Assembly (NCBI GenBank): GCA_010093815.1
Contig: ML996565.1
DNA length: 64,000 nucleotides
Source of the DNA: Pseudovirgaria hyperparasitica
Lineage: Eukaryota
Reading direction: 5' to 3' (one strand)
Shown: piece by piece, positions 37,767 to 50,431 of the stretch
Numbering within the stretch: position 1 is the first letter of the stretch
Layout: each line of letters begins with the position of its first letter
The notes under the pieces: generated by a model
What the model was told of the DNA's origin: nothing
Databases searched by the model: none
The model's input: the letters and a program-made list of their open reading frames with translations, nothing else
Position numbers and translations under genes: made by a program

Positions 37767-39770
37767 TCAAGCCTTGCTAGCAGCCTGCTTCTTTGCATTG
37801 ACATTATTCCACCTGGTGAGCATGCTGACAGGCACACAGATACCACAGCACGCGATTGTGATTGCAAAGGCAACCTTGATACCCCATGCATACGCGCGCA
37901 AGACGCCGTCGAGGTCGGCGCCGGTAAAGACGCGGTGCAGATCCGTGGCGCCGGTGGCGGTGACGAGGGTTGCATCGAGATTGGGTGCGGTGCTGGCGAG
38001 CTTTGCGACGAGTTGGTTGACGAAGCCGCACTGGGCGGCTGAGAGGAGGATTGTACCACCCATGGATCGACACCCTGGGAGAAGAAATTAGTAAAAGAGG
38101 CAGAAAGGGGGTAAGTAGGAGTGATGGCATGCTCGATCTGGTCGAAGGAGACTTACATATGATGATTGCCGTGGTGGGGGCTATATCAGCGGGTGCGGAG
38201 AAGGCCTGCGAGATGATGACGGGAACTTGCAGCGCGAGACCGTATCCAAAGCCGCCTAGGATCTGGTAGCCAACCCATTTGCCTGTCGATGTTCCAATGT
38301 CCATGGTGAAGAATAGACCGGCGGCGATGGTGACGATTACGGAGCTAACTGGCAAGTAAGGAGCTGCGACACCTGTCTTTGTGATGATCACACCCGAGCC
38401 GTATGTGGCGATGCCGAACAGGACGATGAGAGGGATGTTGCGGACACCCGAGCCAATCGGACTGGCGTTGTCGATACTTTGGAAATAAATGGGCAGGTAG
38501 TAGAGCGTGACGAAATAAGCGCCGGCAAAGAAGAAACCCCAAAGACCGTTGACCCAGACGTGTCGTTGACGCATCAGGCGAGGTGTTAGCATGGCGCGTT
38601 CGCCCTGCCAGATCTCTACTGCTGTGAGGACTCCAACGATGGCAACGAAACCGACGATCAATCCGATAACAAGACTAGAGCTCCACGGATGGGTCTGACC
38701 TCCATACTGAAGGGCTAGTAGCAAGGTGAGGGATGCACCCATGGTGAGCGTTGCGCCCAAGAAGTCCATTTGCAAAAGCTTCTCCTTTAATGTAGCTTGG
38801 ACCACCTTGGCAGCTGCAGGAGTCTTGAAGGTGACCAAAATGACAGCAGCGGCCAGACCACCGATTGGAAGATTGATATAGAAGCACCTAAAGTTGGTAT
38901 GTCAGACGAGGCCATTGCAGGAGCGGAAACTATGGAATAGTGCAACAAGGAAAAAGTAGTAAGTAAAACGTTGACTACTCACCATCTCCACGACGCTCCA
39001 TCAGTGAGTCCTCCACCAATGAGTGGTCCACACACAGCAGCAACACCATACGAAACTCCAATGACCGAGGTGTAGGTAGCTCGTTTCGTGGGCTCAGCCG
39101 CAAACGCCGAAATCGTGTAAACTCCAGGCGCAATACCCGAAGCACCAAGACCGGAAATAGCACGTCCAACGATCAGAGTCATTGAGTTCTGAGCGACTCC
39201 GCTGATCAAGCTTCCGAGTTCGAAGATGAAGATTGCGACCAGGAAGCTGGTTTTCAGTGGGAAGAATTTGTACACCTTGCCCCATAGTGACTGGAACGCG
39301 CCAAGCGTCAAGAAGTAAGCAGAACCGTACCACGAGATATCATCAAGCTTGTGGAATTGGTCCGTGATCTTTGGAATTGCGGTCGCGACGATGGTCTGCA
39401 TCGAGAGTGTTAGTTTATTAGCTTGATATACCACAGCGAAGACGACTCTGGAAGGGCGATATGAAGCAGAACTCACCTGGTCCAGAGAGATCAGTGTGAT
39501 ACTGAGTATGAGAGCAAGCATAATGAACAAGACCTCGATACCCTTTGGGTATGTCATAGGTTTCGGCGGCTCAGCGACAGGTTTCTCTTCGGTAGTAGCA
39601 CCATCAGCTTCAGGGGCATCTGATCTGGGTACACCATTGTCCGTCGAGGAGGCCGAAGAGGACATTTCGTTCGGCTTTTCCTTCTCAGGATCGACCTGGT
39701 GTGTATTGTCTCCCATATCTGCGAGCGTCCTGTCCTCTGGCAAGCGAGGCGGTGGTGTTGAAGGGGACAT
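37767..39770 (-). CDS. MFS efflux transporter (14-TMS DHA2, GliA/AflT-like)
   Basis: LDQTIVATAIPKITDQF, WYGSAY, GRAISGLGASG, GPLIGGGLT..SWRWCFYINLPIG, YYLPIYFQ; introns 39396-39476, 38888-38982 and 38075-38156. Confidence 0.93.
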
Positions 39771-41472
39771 ATCTGTTTGAAGGATGGTAAGAGTCTGTGT
39801 ACTTTGGAACCGCAGCCTCGAAGGATTCAGAGTGTGATGTAGAAAGTAGAAAAGAGAAATGTAAAATATGACCAAATATCAGTCAAAGTTGGCTTTTGAC
39901 TAGCGGACATGAGGATTTAGTACTAAAGGCGGGTAAGGCCTTTAACGCCGTTCATTCACTCCCCTGTCAAACCCCTACTAGCGTTAGATGCCGGAGCTAG
40001 ATGGATCTGATAGAAGGTCGTAAATCCGCTAACACCGTTCGTACTTACAGTGGATACAGTAAGATTCCGTTCACTCACCGACCGATTCGTGCTTCGGAGA
40101 TCATATGCAAGTAAGCTCTTCCGTCACCGTACACGAATCAGGTAATCGCGAGTGACCAAACAAGCTCCTTCGTCTTGCCTTTTGACCTTGCAACTTACTG
40201 TAATAGTTCGCATTCTACATACAACCAACTCAAGGCAAAAAAAAGGCTATATTCATAGTTATGCGCATCCATATACAACAGCAGACCTAGATGAAGGACG
40301 TCAGAGTGTACTGTGGGTTCACGAGTCAGTCATGATACAGCGGCACACGTGCCTTGACTCATGCGCGCCAATGACATCCATGATCGACCACATATACCCA
40401 CATATACATGGTGAGCCTCGACGCGGAGTGTCGTCAGAAAACAGGATAAGAAATTCCGACATGTTGCTTGGCGCGGTCCGATCAAGCCAAGGATTTTAAG
40501 ATTTGCCCTTTCTGTGCGGCGTGGCCCGACTCCCTAGGCTTACTTTCTTATATGGCGTAGATGTCTGCGACTCCGTGTGATTAAATGCCTTCATTGCTTC
40601 CAAGATGCTTAACGTGGCGTGATGCATTACCCTTATCGGAGCGATCATTTCTTGACAGAAGTCTTGTGCGTGTCTTGGTCGGCGGCTGATTCTCCTAACT
40701 CGACTCACTCAGCGACCACGAGATGCGTTCATTCACAGGATTCATCTTCAATGGTCGAGTGTTATACCGAATTTGCATGATGGAAGCATCTCGAAAGAAC
40801 AAGTGTTCATCGACCAGTGGTGGCTGGTGCATTAGACGGCGATAGGTCTTTAGATATATCCTTAACGGCAATATCGCTTACAATGATTCGTGTTTCAGGG
40901 AGAGAGACTCGTGCAACGGTATGTAGGAGCAGGGATTCTACAGAACCCGAAACTGGAGTATATTTCCGGTTCTTTTCCACTTGAGAAAAACTTTTCGAAG
41001 GTGATCTGCGGTTACATCCGTCGCTCGCAAGGCGTTTGTCGGAGCTAGTATAACTCTCATAGCATTGATATTGCGACAAGAGAATCAAATTTGCTGGAGA
41101 CATACAACGAACAAAAGGCTGCAGAAAGATGAACATATTGGAAAATGAAACAAAAAAGAGGACGACGACTCGTCAATTAATGCAACTGAATACCAAACAT
41201 TCGAAAACCAGGAACGCTTCTGACACCACGAAGAGATATGCCGCCCGTACGACCAGATCGCAAATCGATACTGTAGCAGTCGGAGTTATGGACACGAGTA
41301 CAGCGCTAAGTGATGCTACAGTAGTTCTGGAACAGCTCAGCAGTGATATAAATAATATTGAGGGTAAGTACCATAGGCCAAAAGGCACGCCGAAAATCCA
41401 TCGGTGTGGTACCGTATGGAAAAGTTTGAAGAACGATCGTAAACATGAATGTTTTATGCTACAGCGATATGA

Positions 41473-42366
41473 TCAGTGTCTGTGATACTGATGAGCATGC
41501 TGATGCGCATGTTGATGCGCATGCTGATGATACGGTGGCTGCGGGTATGGCGGCTGCTGGTAGGGCTGTTGATACTGGCCTGGATACGGATTATAAGGTG
41601 CATTCACGAGCACCATCCTGAACGGCGCCATTATTGCAGAAATGATCCTTCCAGCTGCATCCAAAGTCGCCCAGATGACGATCAGTGCTAGTATGGCACC
41701 GAGGATCTTGGCTACCGAGTCCCATTGACACGGTGGAGGTGTAGGTGCCGGAGCTGGATCGGGCGCTTTCTTCTCCTCCTCTTTCGGGGGCGGTGGACAG
41801 CCGTATACGTATGTCGGAGGCTCGTCTTTCGAGGGTGGGCAGCATGGTTTAACCGGGTGGCAGAAGGGACGCGGTCCGGGACCTCCATCCCAGATGAATC
41901 GTGGATGTGGCGCCGGGGGATCTTCTTTCTTCGGAGGACCCAAATGGATGTGAATGGGCTTCTTTTCTTCTTTCGGAGGCTCCTCTGGCGGATGGATGAT
42001 GACGGGCCCGAATGGAGTATCAAACTTGTTCGATGGTTTGTCTTTCGGCTTGGGCTCAGGATTCAATGTCGTCCATCGATGGCTCGTTGAGTACTTTCGT
42101 TCTACATCTGGCTCCTTTTCGTCTTTCATCTTTAGGAGCTCTTTCCAACGTTGTCGCACGGCGTGTTCTGAGATCGTGGGTCCGTCCCGTGGGTAGTCAA
42201 TGTGCCGATAACTCATTGGTAGAGGCACATCGCCCGGAATGACCTCATAGCGCCATCTATACTTTATCTCGGGTATCTCTTCTTTTTCCTCTTTCTTCGC
42301 TGGAGGGGCGGGTGGTGCTGGTGCTGGCGGTGCCGGTGGCCACCATCCGATAACGTTTTTGACCAT
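41473..42366 (-). CDS. Proline-rich hypothetical protein with one predicted TM helix and His/Gln tail
   Basis: 297-aa ATG ORF; PPAP and PPKEEKK repeats; hydrophobic VAKILGAILALIVIWATL; ends HQHAHQHAHQHAHQYHRH. Confidence 0.65.
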   Translation of the reverse strand: MVKNVIGWWPPAPPAPAPPAPPAKKEEKEEIPEIKYRWRYEVIPGDVPLPMSYRHIDYPRDGPTISEHAVRQRWKELLKMKDEKEPDVERKYSTSHRWTTLNPEPKPKDKPSNKFDTPFGPVIIHPPEEPPKEEKKPIHIHLGPPKKEDPPAPHPRFIWDGGPGPRPFCHPVKPCCPPSKDEPPTYVYGCPPPPKEEEKKAPDPAPAPTPPPCQWDSVAKILGAILALIVIWATLDAAGRIISAIMAPFRMVLVNAPYNPYPGQYQQPYQQPPYPQPPYHQHAHQHAHQHAHQYHRH

Positions 42367-43028
42367 GCTGCACGCAATGAAAGTTATGAGACCGTGTGGT
42401 TAACTTTTCGGTTGATGGAGAGCTCACTCAAGATTAGATCGTATCGAAAATTGTTAGACCATTGATCACGATCCAGATTCCGGGAACAGTGGAGATTGTT
42501 GCGATATTCAAGGAAGACTTCTTAGGCAGGGCTAACCCTTCCAGCGTTGGATACGTTCTCGAATTCAGGTCGGAAACGATATTTTAGTGAGCTGTACAAG
42601 GCATGCGACTGTACGAAATATTGGGATGATGAGAGCATGTAAACACCTCCATGTGACGGAATTTTATCGTGGGATCAAGGGATGTGGCGGGAAGCGAAGA
42701 ATGTGGGTAGTCGGCGACACAACGCAAGGGAGAAAGGAATGTCGACATCAGTAGGTGAGGCATGTAGCCTTCAATGACAAATACTCATTCCTTCCATGAG
42801 ACCATAAAACATCCACGATGATTCACATGTGCCTAGTCGCACCATGTATTGCGCTTCGCTTGTGGCTCTGAAAGTCGATGTTCGCGATAATGCTTCCCCG
42901 TTCACAACAGAAAGACCCGAGCCAACTCCCTTTCTTGTGTAGAAGCCTTTTCCCTTAGTACGCCAGGTATTTCAGAAACTCAAGTTCGCTCATCAAGAAA
43001 CGCCGAATGCTTTGTACGCCTCGTCTGG

Positions 43029-44424
43029 TTAATCCTCGTTTGCGCCATCTATCTCAGAGTACTCCTTCCAAAGGTCATTCACACCCTTCTTCCATGTTCG
43101 AATGGTGCCGTCATCTCCAGTGGATATAAGCAAGTCCCCTTCAAAGATTAGTAAGAGTGCGAAGAGCAGAAACGTAGGGAAGGTAGACACTCACCCATCG
43201 GTGAGAACGCGACACGCCAGACTGCGCCGTGGTGATTTTTCAATTCGGCCACCTTTTTGACCAGATGCTTGACCCTTCCAGGGATCGTAACTTCTTGTGA
43301 ATCTTCGTTGGATTTTGACGCGCCGGCGAGTCCAGCACCGATGCCAGATGGACCAGCGCGTGAACCACGGGGGCGTGGCGAGCTTCGACCGTCAGTGTGA
43401 CCGTTGTGTATCGCAACAGTCGTATCCGATGCAGATTGCTTGTCAGTCTCAGCATTGTGTAGCTCGTAGATCCGTATAGCTCCATCTTTGCTTGCTGTTG
43501 CAATGATATCGTATCCTCTCATAGACCCGTTGGCCCACGAAAGGTCTCGTACGATAGATGTAGCATCGTTCAATTCGGCTGCAACATACCACTTTCTGTT
43601 CTTGTCTGTCCGAAAGATCTTCACCGTCTTCATGGCTGCTACAGCTAGAGAGAGTGACTTACGGTCAAGGCCTTCCCGCACAGCAGTCCAACAGGGTAGT
43701 TTTTCGTGGTGGAAGCAGACCTTGAATCCGGCTTCATCCTGGCGACTAGGAGTGGCACATACATAGGAATCATGCAGATACTGCCATTCGGCGATATTGT
43801 TGTTGTCTAAAGGTTCATACACGCTCAGATGGCCATCGCGTGTAATCAGAGCAAGGTAGGTGTCTTGAAATATGTTCTTGAAGTCCAGTGACATATATGG
43901 CACTTTTGTTTCAGGCGTCAGAGTCGTTACAAGCTTGAAACGTCGACCAGACTGAGGGACTTCGGTGACATCTTCCTGCCATAGTTTGAAGCGACCGTCT
44001 TCAGCAACGCTGCCCAGAATTTCTCCGGCATATGGTCCATTCCATTTAACCTGATTTGACATTAGCATCCATCTTAGCTCTTATAGATCTCGATGTTCCG
44101 CGAAGTATCGAATGTACTGCGTGTTGGGTTATAGGTCAGGGAGTCGGGAAAGCATGGATGATGTGAAATGACCACTCTTGAGAGCAATGATGGCTGTATA
44201 GTGCTACCACGCGCTGTCCAATAGATACTTACATCGACAATTTCAGCATCATGGGCTCTCCAGCTATCAGCGAGGTTCCAGTTGTCGTCCTTGCGATCCC
44301 AAACCTTCAGTCGGTGATCTGAGGAAGCTGTCACCATACGGGTACCGAAGTAGTTGAAGTCGACGGCCAGAACCAAATCCTGGTGTCCATGAGAGAAGCT
44401 CTGGAAGCCACGATCGGTAGCCAT
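43029..44424 (-). CDS. SEH1: Nucleoporin / SEA(GATOR2) subunit Seh1, WD40
   Basis: GHQDLVLAVDFNYFGTRMVTASSDHRLKVWD, SWRAHDAEI, VRDLSWANGSMRGYDIIATASKDG, LISTGDDGTIRTWK; introns 44051-44232 and 43139-43194. Confidence 0.9.
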
Positions 44425-45170
44425 GCTTTTGGCAGCTTTATAGGCTCGCAGAACACTTGCTTGAAGCTTTTGGCAGACCTTATGATTCAACGTCAGGGCT
44501 GCGGCGCTACCATGGCTGAGAAGATCGATAGTGAGAATATGGGCAGCTTCTATCCGTTCAACTCTGCTGGCGAACTCGACAGCTGTATCAGACAAGTTAG
44601 ACTGGGTGCGTTTGCTTGCCTGAAAGCCAAAAGTAGATTTTGTGGGTTCGGGCGAGATGGAGGAGCAATCAGAGGCGGCTTGAGAGGGAAGACGAGAAGC
44701 TGAAATGGACTGTAGGAAAGCGGGACGGCAAAGCTTCAAGTTGACAGCCTCGAGTTTATCTTTGATAGGATCATTGATAGAATCCAAGACATCCGCTTCG
44801 TCTCCTCCGGCCTGGCGAGTCGCGCGACGTTGGTGAGGTTTCTCACGTTCCATACTTGAGTCGGAGCGGGCCAAGGGCTACTCTTAGCTAGTTAGTTGGC
44901 TACGCTTGGGGTCCTTGGGGTGTTCCAAGGTTGGAAACGGCGCGATCTCAGCGGTCGGTGTCAACTACTGCCGCCGCAACACCAACTAATCAGGAAGGTA
45001 CGAGCCGACTGGCCAGAACAGACGCGACACGCCGCCATAGTTATTAATTAACCAGACACCTGGCGGGAAAAATCACTCGTCCACTTCCGCGCGGCTCCAT
45101 TCTGCACTTCACTTATCATGAATTTGTCGCTATATCGCGTCTCTCCCTCCTCATCGGCGCCGCCATCGCA

Positions 45171-46739
45171 ATGACAGTGTCGACTAGTCTGAGTCGCACC
45201 GAGACTCTCTCATTGTTCTCACTGTCGGCCGCCTGTGTCGGCATCATCGCAAACACATTTCAAGGCGACGGCGAACCCTTGATCGCATCAATAGCTTTCA
45301 GCGGAATTGCGTACGCTTCGACATATGCTCTCATAAGATGGTTGGGAGACGTGTTCATGCGAGCGGGCCTGAAGGGCAGAGACATGTCCAAGACAAGAAC
45401 AGATGAGATGTAAGAGCCGCACGCGCCTGCGGAAGACTCGCAATTTCAATATGCTGACCATGTTTGCAGTCCAGAGACAATGGGCGCTGTATGCGCTGTG
45501 GTCTACCTGCTCATCATCATCGTCTTCATTCCCTTCCCGTTCTACAAAGACATCGTCATGGCCACGTCAGGAGGTGGAAATCGCGATCTGGTGCTGGAGG
45601 TCCAGCACGTCGAGACTGGCAGACTGCTGCACCGGTTCCCGCATAGCAAGGTTAGACATGAAGAAGTCTTCACGGAAGTATTGAGATGATGACTGACTCT
45701 TGTCAGTTATCATCCTACTTGTCCGCAATCCTCTCTATCCAATCTGTAGTTTTGCTCGGAGTAGGTGACGATCTATTCGACATTCGATGGCGGCACAAGC
45801 TGTTCATTCCAGCATTCGCGGCGATACCAATGCTCATTGTCTACTTTGTAGACTTTGGTGTTACCCAGATAGTCATACCCACACCACTGCGTTCCTACTT
45901 CGGAGCGCTGTTTGATCTGGGTAGGATACATGCGTTGCGAAAACAGCGTGCATAACTGATTTCGTACAGGGTGGTTATACTACGCATATATGGCAGCAAT
46001 ATCAATATTCTGTCCAAACAGTATCAACATATTCGCAGGCATCAATGGTATCGAGGTGTCTCAATCACTGGTCATTGCCTCCTTGATCTGCCTCAATGAT
46101 GCTCTATACCTCTCACCCTTTACTGAGTATCCACACCCGGCGACAGACTCGCATCTGTTCTCCCTATACCTCCTGCTTCCGTTTATTGGAGTATCATTAG
46201 CACTCTGGGCACATAATTGGTATCCTGCGCGAGTTTTTGTGGGTGACACATACTGCTATTTCGCAGGAATGATCTTCGCCGTTGTCGGCATTCAGGGACA
46301 TTTCAGCAAGACGCTGTTACTGCTGTTCATGCCGCAGATTTTCAATTTTATATACTCAGCGCCGCAGCTCTTCCACATCGTGCCTTGTCCCCGACATCGG
46401 CTCCCGAAGTTCAATGCAAGGACAGGACTGCTAGAATGCTCCACAGCAGAATTCAGAAAACCACTTTCGCCATTGGTATCCGCTGTTATGAGGCTAATGC
46501 ACCGCCTCAGGCTACTTCGGATCGTCGAAAACGATGCCGGACAGATAACGGAGAGTACCAATTTCACCATCATCAATCTGTGGCTGGTATGGTTTGGCCC
46601 AATGAGAGAAGACCGTTTAGCTATAGGACTGCTCACTATGCAGACCATAGTGGGTCTCGTAGGGCTGTTCATCCGGCACCGGCTTGCACTGTGGGTGTTT
46701 ACAGCAGACAATTTGCATTATACATATTCCTCTGCCTAA
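45171..46739 (+). CDS. ALG7: UDP-GlcNAc:dolichyl-phosphate GlcNAc-1-phosphotransferase
   Basis: GLKGRDMSK, PETMGA, LLGVGDDLFDIRWRHK, FCPNSINIFAGINGIEV, VFVGDTYCYFAG, PCPRHRLP; three GT-AG introns. Confidence 0.95.
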
Positions 46740-46888
46740 GTCAGGCCAAAGCCATGGTTCTGATAAGCTGCAACAGGAACCTCAGCAACAAGTAAATGAA
46801 TGGCATATATAGACCTACATGTATATAGATAATGCACCCACCTCCTGAAGAAGGGGAAGACAGCCACTGATCGGAACAGCATGCAGAT

Positions 46889-46918
46889 CATATCTGCAGA
46901 CCATATCTGCAGACCATA
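46889..46918. repeat. 13-bp direct duplication between ALG7 and LEU1
   Basis: CATATCTGCAGAC x2 followed by CATA. Confidence 0.8.
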
Positions 46919-47350
46919 AGCCGCGTGTTCCTACACTCTATGGGCCTACCTGTATGCGTGATTTATGGACTACAGTATGTTTTCGGAGTAGAGACCTGGA
47001 GTCTTGGAGACTTGGACTCCCTTGCAAGACGATGGAAGCAGCCCAAAAGTGCGGGGCAAAAAGCGGGAGTGGACTGTTGACACCGACGTCCGAGCCAGCT
47101 GACCAATCACAGCGCGTCTCTTTCTAAACCTCAGCACTGATGCAAGTTCCCTCCGATCTCGCTGCGCTGCTGCGATGCTACCGAAACAATATCTGCCTTT
47201 CCACTGCGTGAAATACTGCTCTGTCCGCCCTGCGTCTCTTTGATAACCCCAATCGTCTTTCAGACTGCTCATTCGTCTCTTGTGTTTCTTGCACGCTCTT
47301 CCAGTACTTTCGCATCTAGTTCCGTCGTCTAAGCGACCCCACTATACGCC

Positions 47351-49790
47351 ATGCCTGGAGCTATAAAAAAACCTCAGACTCTCTACGACAAGGTCTTCGA
47401 GGCTCACGTAGTCAATGAGCAGGAAGATGGTACTATCCTTCTTTACATTGACAGGCATCTAGTTCACGAAGTCACATCTCCGGTCTGTACATTCCGTTGC
47501 GCTAAAAAGGCACGTCCTGACCATTTACTAGCAAGCATTCGAAGGCCTAAGAAACGCTGGGCGGAAAGTGCGTAGACCTGACTGCACTTTGGCCACGACT
47601 GATCATGTATGTCTTGCATCTCGTTGACTTGGTCACAATGATAGTAGAATTAACAACCAGCAGAATGTACCGACTACCCCCCGTAAAAACTTTAAAGGCG
47701 TTGCAGACTTCATCAAAGAGGACGATTCGAGGACACAATGTGTGACTCTAGAGGATAACGTCAAGGCCTTTGGTCTCACATATTTTGGCCTTGGTGACAA
47801 GCGCCAGGGTATCGTGCACATCATTGGTCCAGAACAGGGATTCACTCTTCCCGGCACAACGGTCGTATGCGGTGACAGTCATACGTCAACCCATGGTGCA
47901 TTTGGCGCATTGGCCTTTGGTATCGGAACCAGCGAGGTAGAGCATGTCTTGGCAACCCAGACTCTCCTCACCAAGAGAAGCAAGAACATGAGGGTACAAG
48001 TTGATGGAGAGCTAGCTCCTGGCGTCAGCAGCAAGGACATTATTCTGCACGTTATTGGTCAGATCGGTACTGCAGGTGGTACTGGAGCTGTGATCGAGTT
48101 CTGCGGTTCTGCGATCCGCAATCTAAGCATGGAGGCCCGCATGTCTATATGTAACATGTCCATCGAAGGTGGTGCACGAGCCGGCATGGTCGCTCCGGAC
48201 GAGACGACTTTCGAATATCTCAAGGGCCGCCCATTGGCTCCAAAGGTCGATAGCGCCGAGTGGAAGAAGGCGACAGCCTATTGGTCATCCCTGAAGTCCG
48301 ACGAAGGTGCCGAATATGATCTAGATGTTTTCATTGACAGCAAAGACATCGCACCTACGGTCTCGTGGGGAACTTCACCTCAGGACGTGGTTCCAATCAC
48401 AGGGAAGGTACCTAGCCCAGACGATTTCCAAGACGAGGACAAGCGGAAAGCATGCATTCGCGCACTTGATTACATGGGGCTTGAAGCTGGAACCCCTATG
48501 CAGGAGGTTGTCCTCGACAAAGTCTTCATTGGATCGTGTACCAATGCCCGAATCGAAGATCTCCGCGCCGCTGCTCGGATCGTGAAGGGAAGGAAAGTAG
48601 CATCAAATATCAAGCGCGCCATGATCGTCCCCGGCTCCGGTCTCGTCAAGCAACAGGCTGAGTCCGAAGGTCTCGACACGATCTTCACAGATGCTGGATT
48701 CGAATGGCGGGAAGCAGGCTGCTCCATGTGTCTGGGCATGAACCCAGACATCCTCTCCCCCAAAGAACGCTGCGCCAGCACATCCAACCGCAACTTCGAG
48801 GGACGCCAGGGTGCAGGCGGCCGCACACATCTGATGTCCCCTATGATGGCCGCTGCCTGTGCTATCGCCGGTAAGCTTGCCGATGTGCGCAAAATCGCCA
48901 ACTTTCAACCCAGCGATGTTGCGCAAGGCAGCCCGAAAGTCGACGTCGCACCCGCACACCAGTCCGACATCGAATCAGACGAAGACCTCGACAGGATTGC
49001 TGACGCTCCTGAAGACAGCCCTGCCACTGTTTCCGGTAACAACAAATCCGCCTCCTCATCGAGTGGCGGCATGCCCAAGTTCGAGAAACTCAAGGGCATC
49101 GCCGCGCCCATGGACGTCGCCAATATTGACACCGACGCCATCATCCCCAAGCAATTTCTCAAAACCATCAAGCGTAGCGGCTTGGGTTCTGCATTATTCT
49201 ACAGCTGGCGCTTCGCCGACGACGGCAGCGAAAAGAAAGACTTTGTTCTCAATCAAGAGCCATACCGCAATGCCAAAGTGCTAGTCAGCACAGGCAAGAA
49301 CTTCGGCTGCGGCAGCTCGCGCGAACACGCACCGTGGGCCCTCCTCGACTTCGGCATCACATGTATCATCGCGCCGTCGTTTGGCGACATATTCTTCAAC
49401 AACACGTTCAAAAACGGCATGCTCCCATTGCGCCTCACGCCCGAACAGGGCCTCGATGCCGTTGCTGCCGAGGCCCGCGCCGGCCGCGAGATCGAGGTCG
49501 ATCTTCCCGGGCAGGTGATCCGTGACGCCGACGGGAAGCAGATCGCGACCTTCGAGGTGGAGGAGTTTAGGAAGCATTGCCTGTTGAACGGGCTGGATGA
49601 TATCGGCTTGACGTTCCAGCAAGACGATAAAATCAAGGCGTTTGAGGGGAAGAGGAGCAGAGAATATCCATGGCTAGACGGGAGCGGGTACTTGAGGAAG
49701 CACAGGCCTGGAGAGGCGGTGAAGGTCGAGGCCGTGCCAGTGCCGAAGACGAACAGGGGAGAGGTCAAGGGCGAGCCGTTGGAGTGGTAG
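47351..49790 (+). CDS. LEU1: 3-isopropylmalate dehydratase (fused large and small subunits)
   Basis: [82 protein letters not shown]; two 5' introns. Confidence 0.97.
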
Positions 49791-50431
49791 ATTTAATACG
49801 TTGTTCTGTTGAGCGGATACTGTGTATTGCGCCGGAATGGCAGAAAAGGTAAGAAGAAGTGGGAGGTTAATGATTCGACAAGTCGATTCTTTTGTTTTTT
49901 CAAACGGCCGACTCATGGGAGCGGAAGGCATACGTGCGTGGACGCTGGCGGTACGGCGTGGACACACGCTGGAATAGGCAATTTACGGTACATAGGTCAT
50001 GCAAATACTTGGTTGATGATTGTGCTTCTCATACGTCTACATCTGGCTCGAGGCTTCCACGTGAGGTAGTGCTGGCAGATTCAAATCGAGTCACTCCTCC
50101 AAGCTGTTGTGGAACGTGATAGATCAGGCCGAGACAGCCGTATCAATACTAGTTTCTCATGCGCCAGGCAAGATGTGTCCCTCACAACAGCTTTGCAGAT
50201 GTCGGCGCGCCTGAAACAGTGGAACAGGGCGTACCTGATAGGAGGAAGCATGGCTCAGCAATATGGAAGTGCTAGTGTCACGTCGTGCTGCTGTTGCAGT
50301 CTTGCCTGCCAGGATCAGAGCCTGTGGTTGGCTTAACAAACGCCATATCGTTTACCATCGGGTGCAACACGCTCCTCTGAAGCCTCATGGGCAATGAATG
50401 GCGATATCTTCGACCCCCGGGTACGCCGCCC

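Larger units (their letters stand above)
15322..39770. other. Highly reducing polyketide biosynthetic gene cluster, 10 genes
   Basis: Contiguous TF, trans-ER, GST, DLH, CMD-like, hydrolase 1, FMO, hydrolase 2, HR-PKS-R and MFS genes with no housekeeping gene in between; three divergent gene pairs; shared CCGACY promoter words. Confidence 0.92.

Noticed and set aside
44051..44232. Intronic snoRNA in the long SEH1 intron
   Set aside because: No C box (RTGATGA) on the transcribed strand and no convincing H/ACA layout.
44425..44874. 150-codon N-terminal extension of SEH1 in the ORF track
   Set aside because: It begins at a non-ATG codon in the divergent promoter; recognisable Seh1 sequence starts at the ATG at 44424.
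45171..49790. ALG7 or LEU1 as a self-resistance target copy for the cluster
   Set aside because: Both lie more than 5 kb outside the cluster, beyond SEH1, among housekeeping genes. This would be reconsidered only if the genome holds a second copy.
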